This document shows, piece by piece, positions 24,114 to 38,300 of a DNA stretch of 64,000 nucleotides (position 1 is the first letter of the stretch; each line of letters opens with the position of its first letter). The notes below the pieces were generated by a model, which saw nothing but the letters and a program-made list of their open reading frames with translations, made no database searches and had not been told where the DNA came from. The stretch lies in assembly GCA_965153285.1 (NCBI GenBank), contig OZ229115.1; one strand, 5' to 3'. Origin of the DNA: Podarcis tiliguerta. Taxonomy: Eukaryota. The position numbers and the translations under genes are program-made.

Positions 24114-25410
24114 CTGTTTGTGAAACCATCTCTCTCCCAACTGGCATTGACTCTGATGACACTTCAGTGACAGGCAAATGTAGTCCTTATTTTCCCAGGC
24201 CTTTTAAGTTAAACTGCTAGTCCTGGCAATTGGATCTGTGATGGTCATAAATGGTTGGTTGTTGTTGTTCTGTAAAAGTTCTTCTATTTATTCTTTGTTA
24301 GTGTAAGCATGTCACTAACTAGCTGTCTAAGCTGCATTGGGTGTCTCAGCATATAGATCTTGCAGTCTCTACAACGCTAAAACTCTCAAATATGGGGCAG
24401 AGCTGTGCCATTTCACAAATATGGGGCAGAGCACATAGCAAGCCAGGAAGTGGAATGAAAAGCAGCATAACTGTCATTCACTAGAGCGTGCCAGGCTATA
24501 ATGTATGTATTTTGTCATGTGCATACTTTTCATTGTTGTATGTCAACATGAAAGCTTTTATTATGATGCAGGAAGAACGTAATATATGAAATGTTCTTCA
24601 GTGCTATGCTGATCAAAAGCTACCAGTTTGTAGACTTGAAGACTATTTGCGCAGTGCTCCTCGGCAGTTTAATAAGTGTTCAGTTTTAATAGGTAAGAGT
24701 AGCTCCCTTGTATAACTTTTGTATTTCTGAAAAATGAAACTTGGGTGGAGGCTAAGCAATACCAAATGATTGGCTGAGGTTCACTGGTATGTTATTGGGA
24801 TCTATGAGAAAGGAATTTGAATTCTGTGCCATAAAATCCTACAACCCCAGAAGACTGGGTCTGTGAAAAGAGTTAGTTGTTGAGGTTTGGTACATTTACA
24901 GAAATGTGCAATACTTGCCTAAACACCACATTGGTTGTATGGATTGCTTTTTGGCAGCTAGTGGGAGAGTCAGGTTGGGCTCAGAATATTAGGAGGAGAA
25001 GAGGTGGAAAAAGGAAGGCTGAATGACTAGACCTTCTAAATGGGTGCTTCATGCTGCTTCAGAGTATTCAGTTTCCCAACAAATGGAAGACAAACTCCAA
25101 TTGTTGAGGATTTTGTTTAATCTGCTTACAGTGATTTCCCTATGGTTGTTAGATCTGTGTGCCCCTATCAAAAGTGAGATCCTGTAAACTCCATCTCTGA
25201 TACCAGATCCTGCACTGGAGAATCAAATTGCATGGCCCAAAGTCAAAGCAGCCATATGCATGCACAGGGGAGAAAAAACATACCGAGCCTGAGCTTTATT
25301 TTGCTGTTTCCTTCATTGTAGTTCCTACTTCCAAAGCTGCCGCTCCAGTTAAAAACCAGCTTGGCCTTTTAAGAGCAAGAACTGCAGCAGTGCCCATGTG
25401 TGTACATAGT

Positions 25411-25612
25411 GACCTGGTTTGCACATACTGCTACGCCATAGTTTATTAAACTGTGATTTATTACACCATGGTTTGTTCGATCATCTGAATCTTGCTCAGC
25501 AGCTCAACTGTGATGTGTGTGCTACAACCAACTATGATCTGAAGCCATGGTTTGTTATTGGCTTACGAACCTTAGTTTTAACTATGGCTTGGTGTTGCAT
25601 GTGAACCAGGCC
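25411..25612. mobile_element. MITE, possibly PIF/Harbinger-like; related copy at ~38671-38966
   Basis: Inverted termini gacctggtttgcaca/tgtgaaccaggcc and internal inverted repeats. Confidence 0.6.
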
Positions 25613-26618
25613 ATTGCTTCTTTGGACCACAGGCCTTATTTGATACTTCTGAGTTTCAGGATTTCAAAATGGAGAGAAGTTTCTGGAGTTTTTGCCATGA
25701 TCTTGCCAGTAGATTCCAAAACCTGACCAGGATTTATTTATTTTTTTAATAGCAACCTTTTGCAGCGCAGTTGACTGGTCTGTTGCTTGTTGCTATGTAT
25801 ATGTGGTAGGAACTGCCAGTGCAGGGTTAGGCAGATCCAAAAGTGTCCATAGGTTCCTTTTGACACATGGGCAGGTTCCCCTACCTGTAAAATCACTTGA
25901 CATTATATGCTGTTGGGGGATTTGTGCCTGCCCAAATGCAAGCATTATTGCGCATGAAAAATCAGGAGTCTTCTCTAAGCTGTGTGAAATGGATTGTTCT
26001 TCAGGGCTTACACCCAACATTATTTAAACTTGGCACTGAATGCAAGTCCTGCTGGGATTGGCTCTTCAAAACAAACCTTGATCAATGGCTAAGGAAAGTA
26101 GGGGATATTATGGTGATGAAGAATTGCAAGTCATATCTGCCTTTCAGAGGGAAGAATGAAAACAATCCAGATTTCTCAACAAAACTGGTTGTTGTTTTTA
26201 TTTTGTATTGGAACAACAACTACAGAAGGAATGAAGTGATACATGTGGACTTTCTCACTCTGATATGACAATATTTGTCATACGACATGTGCTTGCTGCA
26301 TGATTGAAATGATATTTTGTAATTATGAAATCAATTTAAGATAAAAGAAGTGTGAAGAAAAAAGCGTGCATACCTTAAACCATAAAAACAACAACGAAAA
26401 GGTTTTTCTGCCTCATAGCTTCCTCTTACTAAGTTCTTCCTCAGGCATTAAAAATGTCTTATGTGGTTTAAGTTTCAGTATTGATCAAAGTTAAAAGGCA
26501 CGGGTTCATGTTTGGAGAGGCATGCTGTAAGCCTGAAATCAATTAAACAGGAAATATAGATCATAACTTTCCTCCATGTGTTCCAAAGTCCTAGTTTTTA
26601 GATGAGCTTGTGGGGCTG

Positions 26619-27425
26619 CTGTATGGTTCCCCAGTATTCCATGGTATTTGTACTCTTTGGGGTGCATGAATTTTTGGATAGTTTTCTTCACAACTCCACT
26701 CTCCAAGCTTGGTTATCTATCATGCAAAACCACCTCCCCTTTTTGGGTAGTTGTTCAGACTGTGGTTCAAAGGCCACATTGGTGTGCTGCCCTACAACCC
26801 CGTTCTCTCATGAGTGAAGATAGTTGAGCTATATAATAATCTGGACGCCATTTTTCTGTGAGGGCTCGCACTTACAGAGTACATGACCTTGTGTGATGTG
26901 AGTTCACTGGTAAGGATCCATGGGAATGACTACTTTTCCCTTCAAGCCTGAGGGACGAATGAGCTTTGTAAAGGATTCCCTCAAGAGGAAGTCTGGCATC
27001 AGTCACCTGTTTATTTGGAAAAGGCACAGGATCTTTGTACAGGGGAGATGGTATACAACCCAAAAGGAGACATTGATATAAAGTGTGGAAAATCTCTTAT
27101 CTCTCCAAGCACCTTTCCCTTCCTTAAGTGTGAAACTGTCACACCTTGATTAAACTGGATAGAGCCACTGGGGAACTTGATAAATTCAAATTCGGTTTGT
27201 GGGCTGAGTTTCGTCATTCCCCAGTTGGGAATTGGCTTTTAGTTGAGAGCTGTATAGCTGCCAGATGTGTTCCAGTGGGCAGCATATATATCTGGCCTTT
27301 CCTGTCCCACCTTCATCTCCATCTGCTAGTAACTTGCTTATATTATAAATACAAGTTCTTTGCTTCTAAAGAGCAGTGTGCTTATTCCCCACCTAAAGGC
27401 CTAATCTTCTGTTTGTCACATAACA
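26619..27425 (+). mobile_element. Possible solo LTR
   Basis: TG...(TAA)CA ends with LTR-like internal layout (TATA-like gatataaag, A-rich signal near 27345); no clear TSD; left boundary uncertain. Confidence 0.35.
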
Positions 27426-28079
27426 CGCTGGTGCTTTTAAAGCAGCTTAGGAGTCTCCATATGGAGGCACATTATGCGCTCCGTCATGCTGCTCTGGGCT
27501 GTGTGATCTGATTAGGTTTTCTGCACTTAGGAGAGCCAAACCTCTTTTAGCAATTGGATTGAGGAGGCGAAGGCCTCAATGACTATGGTGCTTTTCGCTT
27601 GCTGCATGTTTTGCTTAAGCGGTTTTGAAGGAACGTCGCCGCTGGACTTCTTCAAGCAGCACCCAGGGCTAAAGTGGCAATAGTGCTTCCAGGCACCGAA
27701 TCTGTGGTGGTATGGATCACACTCATCCAGGTTGTGGTGCTTGACACTGGTAAGTGGCGGGAGATGCATGGCACGATGGGATTGAAGCTGGAAAGTTTTT
27801 ACCCAACTATCAAAGGCTTGCCACTTTATTTTACTCTTCTACCTTCCCTGGCTGACAATTTTTTTTTTTTTAATTCCCCCCCCCCCAACTCATTTTTAAG
27901 ATACCCGTTTGCACAAGGTGTTTTATGAGGATTCCCTCCCCCTTCCACCACCTCACCCCACCCCCACTATTCATATTGTAATCTCTTGGAAGTTAAGCCG
28001 TATCATTAAAAACCACAAACCACTGCGGTCACCAGATACCATGATGGTACTCCATTCTGTTCTCTCTCACCACTCAGTA

Positions 28080-28763
28080 TAGTGGTACCTTGGTTCTCAA
28101 ATGCCTTGGTTCCCAACATCCAAAAATCCAGAAGTGTTCTGGTTTGTGAACGTTTTTCAGAAGCTGAACGTTTGATGCAGCTGTCAGCTATTGTTTCCAG
28201 GGTGCCTGCACCAATCAGAAGCTGCACTTTTGGTTTTTCAAACATTTCTGAAGTCAAACAGAGTTCCAGAATGGATTAAGTTTGAGAACTAAGGTGCAAC
28301 TGTATTTGGCTCTTTTGTTTTAGCTATTTATTTTGTGTTTTTGTTTTTGAGCCTTTTCTGGTTAATTTGTATTTTGTGACTGTGTGGAACCCAGTTCAGC
28401 TACTGATTGATTGATTGATTGATTGTGTGACTGCGGAAATGGATAAAAGCCCCCCATCCAAACAATGACTATCATCAGTGCAGGTATGAAAAAATAACCA
28501 TTTTTATTTTTATCATCTACAATACTGTATAATTAATTTATAGTACAGAACGTTGATTATTGCTTTCATTTTATGGATCAGTGGTCTCATTGGATAGTAA
28601 AATTCATGTTAAATTGCTGTTTTAGGGGTTGTGTTTAAAAGTCTGGAATGGATTAATCCGTTTTGTATTACTTTCTATGGCAAAGCGCACCTTGGTTTTG
28701 GACCGCTTTGGTTTTGGAATGGACTTCCAGAACAGATTAAGTTTGAGAACCAAGGTACCACTG
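28080..28763. mobile_element. Tigger-like non-autonomous element, composite with an extra internal TIR at ~28300
   Basis: TIRs AGTGGTACCTTGGTTCTCAAA/TTTGAGAACCAAGGTACCACTG; TA flanks. Confidence 0.85.
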
Positions 28764-30836
28764 TATTCTTTGCCCACTGAGCATGCCCCATCTGGGGTTT
28801 GGGTGGCATCTTACCCTTTAGGATGTCCTCCTCCCCCCAAAAAAGGTTTTTTTAAAAAAAAACTTCAAGCGTTTTATTCCCTTAAGCCTGCTGTTTTGAT
28901 TACGTACTGTAAGAATGTACCCTCGGAAAGTGAGTTTGCTATTAGTATATGGACATTTGTGAGGAAGTGGTCCTGTGACTGGATTTTCCCAAGAGCACTC
29001 TGTCCTCTAAATAATAGTTTACTCAGGGCAGACCGTCCACCTCAAAATAATTGTGCAAATCAGCCCTGTAGTCTGTTGCTCGCGTTTGAGCACTTCTTGC
29101 TTTGCTTCTTAGTTTGTGTCAGAAATAATGATGAAAAGGTTTCACAAACAACTGTAGTCAACCATGATTAGAAGATAATTAAATGAACAGGGAGCACCAT
29201 GTACAATATTTGAGAAGTTAAAGTTGCATTGTGGAACATATTCTTCCATCTCAAAATAGTTGTGTGAAATGACTCCAAATTCTTCCTGTTGTTGTTGTTT
29301 TTGTTCCTTTTCTAAAGTAACTGTGTAGTTTCATTGACATGATTATTTCCAGGACACCTTGCATGGTGCGAGTGGCTTGCAAACTGAATTTTTTTATTAG
29401 AAAACAAAACATTGAGATGGGAAGGAGTTGTGCAATGTAATGGAGATTTGGGGACAGGGAAGAGGTTGCAACAGGGCAGTGGGAGAAGCTGTTAACTGGA
29501 GCAGATGTAGAGAAATAAGAGGAATTGGAAGAATTTTAATAGGCAGGGCCAAGTAGAAGGTATTGATGCTGCAGTAGCCCTCCCAAAATCAGACACTTGT
29601 AATAATTCAGAGGTGGCGGTTTGGAGTAGCCACCAATTTTTGAACTAAAATTTACGCAAGGGTGCTTTGTTTGGGAATTTGAATGACAATGGCAAGATGG
29701 TAACCGTATAGCACAATTTGAAAGAGATGTTTAATTTGTAAGTAGTCTTGGAAGTTTTGAATTGCCTTTCCAGGAAGTGTTGGATCTAGAAATGAATTAA
29801 TGCCCATTGCACTGTTGTATTATTGGAAGAGTCGCGCAGTTGTGAATATGCAGGAATCTAACATACCGGAATGCGGCAATACATTTTGCAGGTGTAGCAG
29901 CAGCTGGCCTGATCTACTGTAATGAATTGTTAGGGAAACAAATGAGACTGGTTCCTCTTTTGGATCACTCAATGCATTTTAGGTGCCTCTCATTGTTAAA
30001 TCTACCCAATTAATTTTTTTCTATGAAAATGCAAAGTTTTAACATAATTTGCACTATTATTAGGTGTTTCATGAGTAATTTGAAATATTGGGGAACCTGC
30101 TTTACAAAGATTTTAAAATGATCACCCATGCATGCACAGTGCCTATCTTTTCTAGACAACACATCCTGTGTTCCCTTAGGTACAGTATGTACAGTATTTT
30201 TAAGTTACAGGTGTGCTTGGATTCACAGAAAATAGTGGCAGACTTTTCACTGTTTAATTGCCTGCTGCATTTGTTTTCCCACTTGTGTTTTCGTTTTTCT
30301 ATTGCAAAAATTGCAGCAAGGACAACATCCGCACTGTCATATAACTCTTGTTCTTGCATGTTTCAAGGCTGTGGATCTTACTGGACTTTCTTTACCTAGA
30401 GGACTAAATACTTCACTTAAAGCCTTAAATTCACATTCGGAATACTGCAAGAAAGACTTAAGTGGATAGCCCAAAGTTCTAGTATTACCTGAGATTGCTA
30501 CACCTGAAAAAAGGAATTGCAGCATTCCAGTACGTTAGATTTCTCCCCGTCCACTTTCTCAGTCGCACCCTAAGAGCCTATGATATTAGCAGTGTAGACC
30601 CAGACTAGGCCTCTTTCCTCAAAGTAACAAATACCTGTGTGTTGGGAAAAGATTTTGCTTGAGCCGTCTTTCTCTCATTATAATGTGTGAGAGAGTTGGC
30701 TCTCCTTCCATTGCACCTGATTAAGATGTAAAATGAAAATTGACAAGATGTCATGTTATACCAGCAGGCATTGATATAAGGGAAAGGTGCCATCTTACAT
30801 ATTTTAAGGTTGCTTCTCTTGTGAAATATATAGAGG

Positions 30837-30837
30837 G

Positions 30838-30884
<47 letters not shown>
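30837..30884. repeat. (GT)n(GA)n compound microsatellite
   Basis: Seen directly in the sequence. Confidence 0.95.
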
Positions 30885-30885
<1 letters not shown>

Positions 30886-32257
30886 TTAGATTTCTTACCC
30901 ACCCTTCGCATAAGGTCCCAGGGAAGGTTACAACAAAACGATTCTAAAACAAAATGGTTACAACCATAAATTAAAAGAAGTGTTCAAATGGCGACTTCAT
31001 TATACATCTGTAAGCGCCATGCGAAAACGTTCTTCTTCAACCAGGCCTTGGACTGATTAACAGTCTATGTCCTTTTAAATGTGTTTGCAAGAGGGTGTGT
31101 GTTTTGTTTTGTTTCTGGTTATGTTCTTTGTGGTTTTATTCTGTATTTTATGCTGTGAACTGCCCTGAGATCTTCAAACGAAGGGTGGTATACACATTTA
31201 ATAAGTAATAATAATAGTAATAACAAAACAGCTTCATTTGTAAAACAATCACATTTATTAACAAAATGCAAACATTTAAAAAATAAATCTATAAAGTCAG
31301 TTAAAAATAGTTCTGAGACAGATGCAGACTGGGATAATGATCTCCACTTAAAAGACTTGTTGGAAACATGCGGGATATGTTTATCATAATGAGATCTGGG
31401 GTTCCTACACATCATATATTTAAAGTACATCCCTACCAAAAACCCTGGGAACTTTACCCCTCCGAGAGCTACAATTGCCAGCACGAACTACAGTTCCCAG
31501 TTTTTACTTTTGCGGGCTAGAGGGAGAGAAGAGAAATCTGTTTTAAATGTGTGTACACGGCCAAATTGTGAAGAAGCAGACTTCAGACAAAGGCACCGTG
31601 CCGTCTTTTTGAGTAGTGTGTGTGTCTTTCTTGTCTTTCTGGATCTTCTAGTTGTAGGCATGACTTCTGGAGCCGTACCAGAGCCTTTAAAGTGTAATAT
31701 TTAAGCTTTTCACTCCCTGCCGTCTGACTACCAAAAGTAACTGTCTGTACCCTGATAGCATTTGTCGGGGCTAAACTTGGTTGTAGATTGACCTGGCATG
31801 GACAGGTATTTCCCGTTTTGTTCCCGCCTCGCAGCCGACAAGAGATTGCCCCAAAGCAGTCAAAGTTTGGATTCTGCTGGCTTCGCCTGTCACCGGTAAA
31901 GCCTTGCATTTCCAGCTTGTGCCTTCTTTATGAGCCTTCCAAGCACGAGGTGGCTGATGACTGTTCTTGGACCGAAGTCATGGGTATGTTGGCTAGATTT
32001 TTATCTCTCCGTTCTCACCCTGCCGTATATGAGAGGAGGAGAAGGAGGAGGATTTGCCGTCTAATTAGCAGCATTCCTGAGAGGTGACTGGGTGGTGCTG
32101 CAGCCCTGTTGCGTTTGCTGCAGTCAGCTGCTCAACAATCCAAAAGTGTTCCAGGAACTTACTCTGTTCTGGGACTATTTGAAGAGAGACACAGATGGAC
32201 TGGTGTTTGGTGTTTCTCTCCGCCGAGAAGAGCAATTTGTACTCTGTATAAAGGGAT

Positions 32258-32367
32258 ATGGATAAATTTGGAAAGCATGGCAGGTCCGGATTTGTTAGGA
32301 CTCGCATTCCTAGACCTCAGGTCCTACTGCAGCCAATCCAGCCTTCTGGTCATCCAGGTGTTTGCAG
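32258..32367 (+). CDS. ARHGAP40: ARHGAP40 first coding exon (MDKFGKHGRSGFVRTRIPRPQVLLQPIQPSGHPGVC-R)
   Basis: ATG in good Kozak context (gatATGg) with an in-frame TAA upstream (32249-32251). Donor AG|GTAATT is phase 2 and matches the exon 2 acceptor. The RIPR motif is recalled from the mammalian ARHGAP40 N-terminus. Not in the ORF track in this frame. Confidence 0.7.
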
Positions 32368-35300
32368 GTAATTCTCACATCTTTGTTTTGGGATGCCTCC
32401 TTTTTGGTGATTTACACTAGCGTAGAAGGTGGCATGGAGTTATTGTGCTCTGCTGGTAGTGTAATCAAATGGGAAATCCCAAATTTAAGAGACTAATAAA
32501 ACTCAGTACGCAAAGATTGTAGCAATTACCGGTAATTGATATCGCTTATTTGTCTGTTTTTTTGCAATCACAGTCTAAATTGGTGCATTTTTAATGAGCT
32601 TCTTAGTAGTCTGTTTCAGGAAATGCAAAAAGTTGTTTCAGTGTTAGAAACTACTGCATAAACCCTTATTAAAGAAATGATAACTTGTCTTGGAAACTGT
32701 TTCTGAGTAAAGGGAAGTAAAGGGGATAGCATAACTTCTAATGGACTGAAATTGTCTCAATCATAGTTTAGAGCCAAATGTGGGAGTACGCCCAGAGTTT
32801 TTATATAAGATATACATAGGCTACATTTCTCAGCACCTTTGTTTGCTTGTTGGGTCCAGTGAAAGCAGCTGGACAAGCTTCCAAGGAGATATACCGGTAC
32901 TTAGGATCACAGTGTCTGTATATTTATTGTGGTATTGTGGTATCATGCACTCTGACTTGGGAAGTACTTTTCATTTCCCATATTAATATTAGGCAGATTG
33001 ATACATCAATACAAGTTTGGTAGTTTTGTTTTTGTTTTGACAGGCATTTGTTACCAGGAGTTTTTTCTTTGCTTTATATACTTCTCATTCTAACAGGCTA
33101 GTTTCGGGTTTTTGGGTGGGGAAGTCATGACTTGAAGGATGGGCTTATGGGAAATTGTCAAGAAGCAATGGCAAATAAAATAAGAGGAGGGTCTACTTCA
33201 TTTTGAAAACTTTAGATGGCACAGTTTAAGATGACTGTGGGTTTTTTTTATTTTTTCAATATATCTGTTGTTCTTTTTGCCTCAAACTGCATCATGTATG
33301 GGATTTTAGTATTAACCAAAGCCTGATGATGGAAATTCAAATATACTGCTTAAATTGAAATCATGCATGCATGCATGTAAGTCACCCAGTGCTTGCATAA
33401 TGAATACTCTGTTACGTATTTGCAGGCATGATTGATGGTGCCTGTGACTACATGATGCTTGCAAAAGGATATGCCAAAAATCCCAATAGTTTAATTGCTC
33501 TTCTGAATGGCCACATGTTCAATTAGTGTCGTAGTAACCACAGCATCCGTACTGGATTGCCATTAAGATGCCTAGCCTTGTTGAACCCCGCAGTCTTCAG
33601 TGCTATTCTTTCCAAGAACTGTTACTAAAGCTGTGGTTATTGATCCAGATTCCCTTGCATCATCTCCCTCTCCTCCTCACCCTCCCAAATTCAGGTTGAT
33701 GAAGCCTGTATTTCTAGTGTCAGCACACCGACTGAGTGCCAGCTGTGCTGCATTTTCTCACAATTCAAAAAAACCTGACTCGGTCACATTCCACAAGGTG
33801 ACCAAACTTCATGCAGAAACTATTTGGTGCATTTTTGTGGCGGGGTTAACTTGTCTTCGAGATAAGCCTTAAAATAAACACCTATCCCTTTTTCTCTTTG
33901 TCTGTGACCCTGAATTTAACCCCATCTGTACATCTCGCTTCAAAGAAGATGTACTTCTAAGTGGCAGGTGCAGCGCTGAAGTCTGGATTTGGTTTTGTGA
34001 GCCAAACTGACCCCTCTCCATCTGGGGGTGGGGGGGAATGGTGACTGCAAGGAGCTTATGGATCTGTGCTTTTAATTTGCATGGCCCGCAAATCTCTTTA
34101 AGCATGCAGCTTAAGTGGATCCTTCTTGGGTTCTGTTTTGGTGGCATTGGAAATAGTTTATTCCTCTTCTGTTTACATCATTCCTTGCTAATCACTGAGC
34201 CGGAATGGTTTCTGTTTCCCAATGTTCTTGAGCAGCAAATGCTTCCCAAAAATGGGGGGGGGGGGGAGAGAGAGAGAGAATGCCTCCATTGTTATATGGT
34301 AGAAATTTGGTCACCTCTGAAGGATGGGGTTGCAAAACCATATTAAATTATATGATAGGTTTTGTACTGATCAAGTTAGTTGCAAAACAGTCTAAACCGG
34401 CTTCATCACCATAACAGTCTAAGCCAGCCAGGCACCCTCCAGCTGTTTTGGACTACAAGTCCCATCAGCCCTGCACACACGCACCAGCTGGGGCTGATGG
34501 GAACTGTAGTACAAAACAGCTGGAGGGCAGTGGGCTGGTCTAAATATGGTGGGAAAGGCTTTCTGTCTAAGAATGAAAAAGGAGAATAGCATTATTTGTA
34601 CATTATACATGTTATACTTTCTGGTAGAAGAGCGTGTTAGACATGTATCGAAATGACTACAAGGCCTGATATTCAAAGCACATGCTGTTTAAAACCCAAC
34701 TGGAAAACGGTGGTTACCCTTCCAAACTTGTGAGGTGTGGGAAGTGAGAAAGGCCTCCTTTGGAAAGAAATTCCAGAGGGATTTGGTGGAGGGGAGAGGA
34801 AGGAATCATAAAGGTTCCTCTTTAAAAACCTTTCAGATTCTGACTTTCCTTTCATTTCAGTGGCACCACTAGTGTCCCATCAGGCCTCTCAGTGAATTTT
34901 AGATACATAGAATTGTGGAGTTGGAAGGGACCACAAGGGCCATCTAGTCCAACCCCCTGCAGTTCAGGAATCTTTTGCCCAGCGTGTGGCTTGAACTCAC
35001 AACCCTGAGATTAAGAGTCTCCTTCTCTACCGAGTGAGGAAAGGTATGCAACTTCCTCTCTCCCTGGATCACTCCTACACTTGCCAGCGAAAGTCTGCCA
35101 ACATCTCAGTGTGTGTATTAGTTATGCATTGGTTGACTAGCATGAGTTATAGCAAGCACCCTGCAGGGTCAGACAAGTATTGAAACAGTGTGCTCAGCTG
35201 CTTTTGAACCCTTTGTTTGTTTGTTTCATAATATTTATACAGTATGCCGTTTGATTGTAATTTTTAATTTGATTTGAATTTTATTTACAACATAACATAA

Positions 35301-38300
35301 ACCCCCATCCCCCCATACACAAATCCACCTTCATTAAACATGAACATAACATAACATACAGTGAGCATAACATACAACAATACAAACAACCAAATAAAAG
35401 ACTTCCTTTTGATTGTAAAAAACACACAGAAAAGAATAAGCAAAAAGAATAAAACAATAAAGTGATCAGTCAAGAACAGCTATATAAAACAATAAATAAA
35501 TAAATAAATAAATAAAATTAATGATAAGAGAAGCAGAGATTAAAACACATGCCAGAATTCCAGATATCTGAGTAGGCTTGCCTAAACAAAAATGTTTTTA
35601 TAAGGTGCCAAAAAGTGAAAGTGTCTGCCTGATGGCAACAGGCAGGGAGTTCCATACTAAAAGATCAGTTTCTTACTAATGCAGAAGGAGTATTGTGTGG
35701 CAGTTATGTAACACTGCCATTTTCGCAGTTTGAAGTGGTCAAGTCATGTAAGGGGTAAGGTGGTCCTGTAGGTAAACCAGTCCCAAGCCGCGACAGGGTC
35801 TCACTCCTGCCAGCAATCGTGCTGCACCATTTTGCACACTAACTGTAGCTTCTTCAGCCTGGATAGCTCAATTGGTGGGAGCATGGTGCTGATAATGCCA
35901 AGGTTGCAAGTTCGATCCACGTATGGGACAGCAGCAGATGCTTGCATTGCACAGGATTGGACTAGAAGATGATCAACTCTGCAATTCCATGATGCTGTGA
36001 TTCTAGATCACGTGCAAGAGAAGCCCCAGATAGAGCATTAGAAGTCGTCTTCTCTCCCCCACCTCCTCTAGATGACTGGGACAAAGGCCTTTATTGTACA
36101 TCTATTGATTTACCGAAGTCTAGTCAAGGAATTGGCAGCTGAGCTTAAGAGGGAACCTAGATGTTTGCCTTCCACATCCCATCCAACCGTCTTACAACTT
36201 GAGCCACACTGTTTCCAAAACAGTTTTGAAGTTCAGTGGTACCTCGGGATGTGAACGGGATCCGTTCCGGAGCCCTGTTCACATCCCAAACAGAACGTAA
36301 GACACGACAGTGCGTCTGCGCAGGTCGCATTTCGCCTCTTCCGCACATGTGTGTGACGTCATTTTGACCATCTGCGCATGGCCGAGTGGCAAAACCCAGA
36401 AGTAACGCGCTCCGTTACTTCCGGGTCACCGTGGAGTGCAACCCAAAAGTGCTCAACCTGAAGCATATTTATCCCGAGGTATGACTGTAGTTCAAAACTG
36501 CAAAAACTTCTTCAAATTGAGGAAGAAAAGCTGCTGTTTGTTGTCAGGTGAAGCAAGGAAGAGGTGAGGTTAGGCAAAAAACAAACAAACACTGATCTTG
36601 GAGGAAATACAAATCGCCCCACATTGTGCTTTTGGCTCAGCAGCAGAGAAAGCAGGAGATCATCATATACGTAGTAAAAGCTGTTTCATTTTTACCCCTT
36701 CGTTATTGATAAATCAGTGTAACAGGAAATGGAGGACACAGCTCATTCAGCATCCAGTTCCTTGGCGCATCGGGGATGACTTTGCAGAGGGGCTCTCAGC
36801 TGCATGGGCTTCCTTTGAGAGAAGTTCTTCTCTGAACTGTGAGAAAGCCCGTGCATTTTGTAACTGGCTAAGTAGCCTGTCAGGGTTACATTTAGCAGGT
36901 GCCAATGCCATTAATACATTGATTTGGAAGTGAAGGTAGTCCTGTCTCACTACCCTTTGATTTTGACTTGGCTCATAAATTTGATAAGCAGGTGCTCTCC
37001 TTTTGGTTGACCTAGTTGCCACAAATGTTGAGAAACTGAATGCCATTTGTGCCTGTAGAGGCAACAGCCACCCTAGTTCATATAGGGAAAAACAGAACTG
37101 GGAGTGGTGAGAACTGCCCTGTGGCTGTTACACAATTACTTCACCTCCCCGTTCATTGCCTAATCTTTTTATCCTTTTACGCTAACAGTTTCCATCCACG
37201 TTAACACTGAATTGGCATTTGTGGAACACCTCAGAGCCCTGCTTTGAGCATGTCTACTTATTGGAGTTTTATTTATTTTACAAGGAAATTCACCAAGATA
37301 AAAAGAAAAATCCAGGCATAATTAATAACGCCAAACAGGGAGAAAGGGAAGAAAGAGCTTCCATTAAGCCACAGGTCATATATGGCTATATTCCTTAGCT
37401 CAAAATCAGTGGTCACACATATGCTGATTAAACAATTTCATTTTCATTCTCAAAAAATTATGAAGTCATAACTATTATACAAGGATCAGCCTTGCGTTCT
37501 ACAATGTTGAATAAATACATTCAGTCAGGAAATGTGTATGAGAAAGAAATTATGTTCTCTTGCTCTGATGAGATACCTTAGCTTGGCCATCAGGGTATAA
37601 TCTCAACATCTATTAAAGCACTCTGTGATAGATGGAATGTTCCTTGACATCCATTTGGAAATAGGTATCTATAGTATTGGAATTTTGATCTATGAAATTC
37701 TTAACCTGTTGTGTTGCTTTGTTGAACTAGTGGCTGCATACAAGAGCCACTTATAGTGGAATTAGACCTGAATTTAGATCTGTTAAAACTATTGGATGGC
37801 CATTTGCCCGTATTCTGACTGACCTCCTTTGCAGGGTTTGTGAGAATAACATGAAGGGAGGTGGAAGAGTGGAACAATACGATAATCTTTATTGTTGTTG
37901 TCCCATACAGAACAACAAAATTGAAAAATCTACATAAAACATTCAAAACCCAACAAGCCTGCTATCCCAGCTATCCCAACCTGGTTAGCCCCCTAAAAAC
38001 TCTGATACCCCATTTTTAAATACAATATACTCCCATAGAGACTCCTTATACTGTGTTTAAAACCAAAATCGCATTTGGGTAGAAACTGTTTCTCAGGCGG
38101 CTAGTCCGAGTCCTTATAACCCTGTACCTTCTTCCAGAAGGCAGAAGCTGAAAGAGATCATTTCCGGGGTGTGCACTATCCTGCGCTATCTCTGCAGCTT
38201 TCTTATGGCACCCGGAAGCATAGATTTGATCCAAGGTGGGAAGAGTGCACCCAATTATTCTCTCCACAGTCTTTATAACCCTGGACAGCATTGTTTTTCC

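Noticed and set aside
28629-29171. Longest ORF in the track (180 aa)
   Set aside because: Starts inside a Tigger-like element and runs into unique DNA; no homology or coding-like pattern recognised.
35857-35930. tRNA-Ile-like sequence
   Set aside because: Degenerate stems and a direct run into a CR1-like tail mark it as a SINE head, not a functional tRNA. The same applies to 34975-35038.
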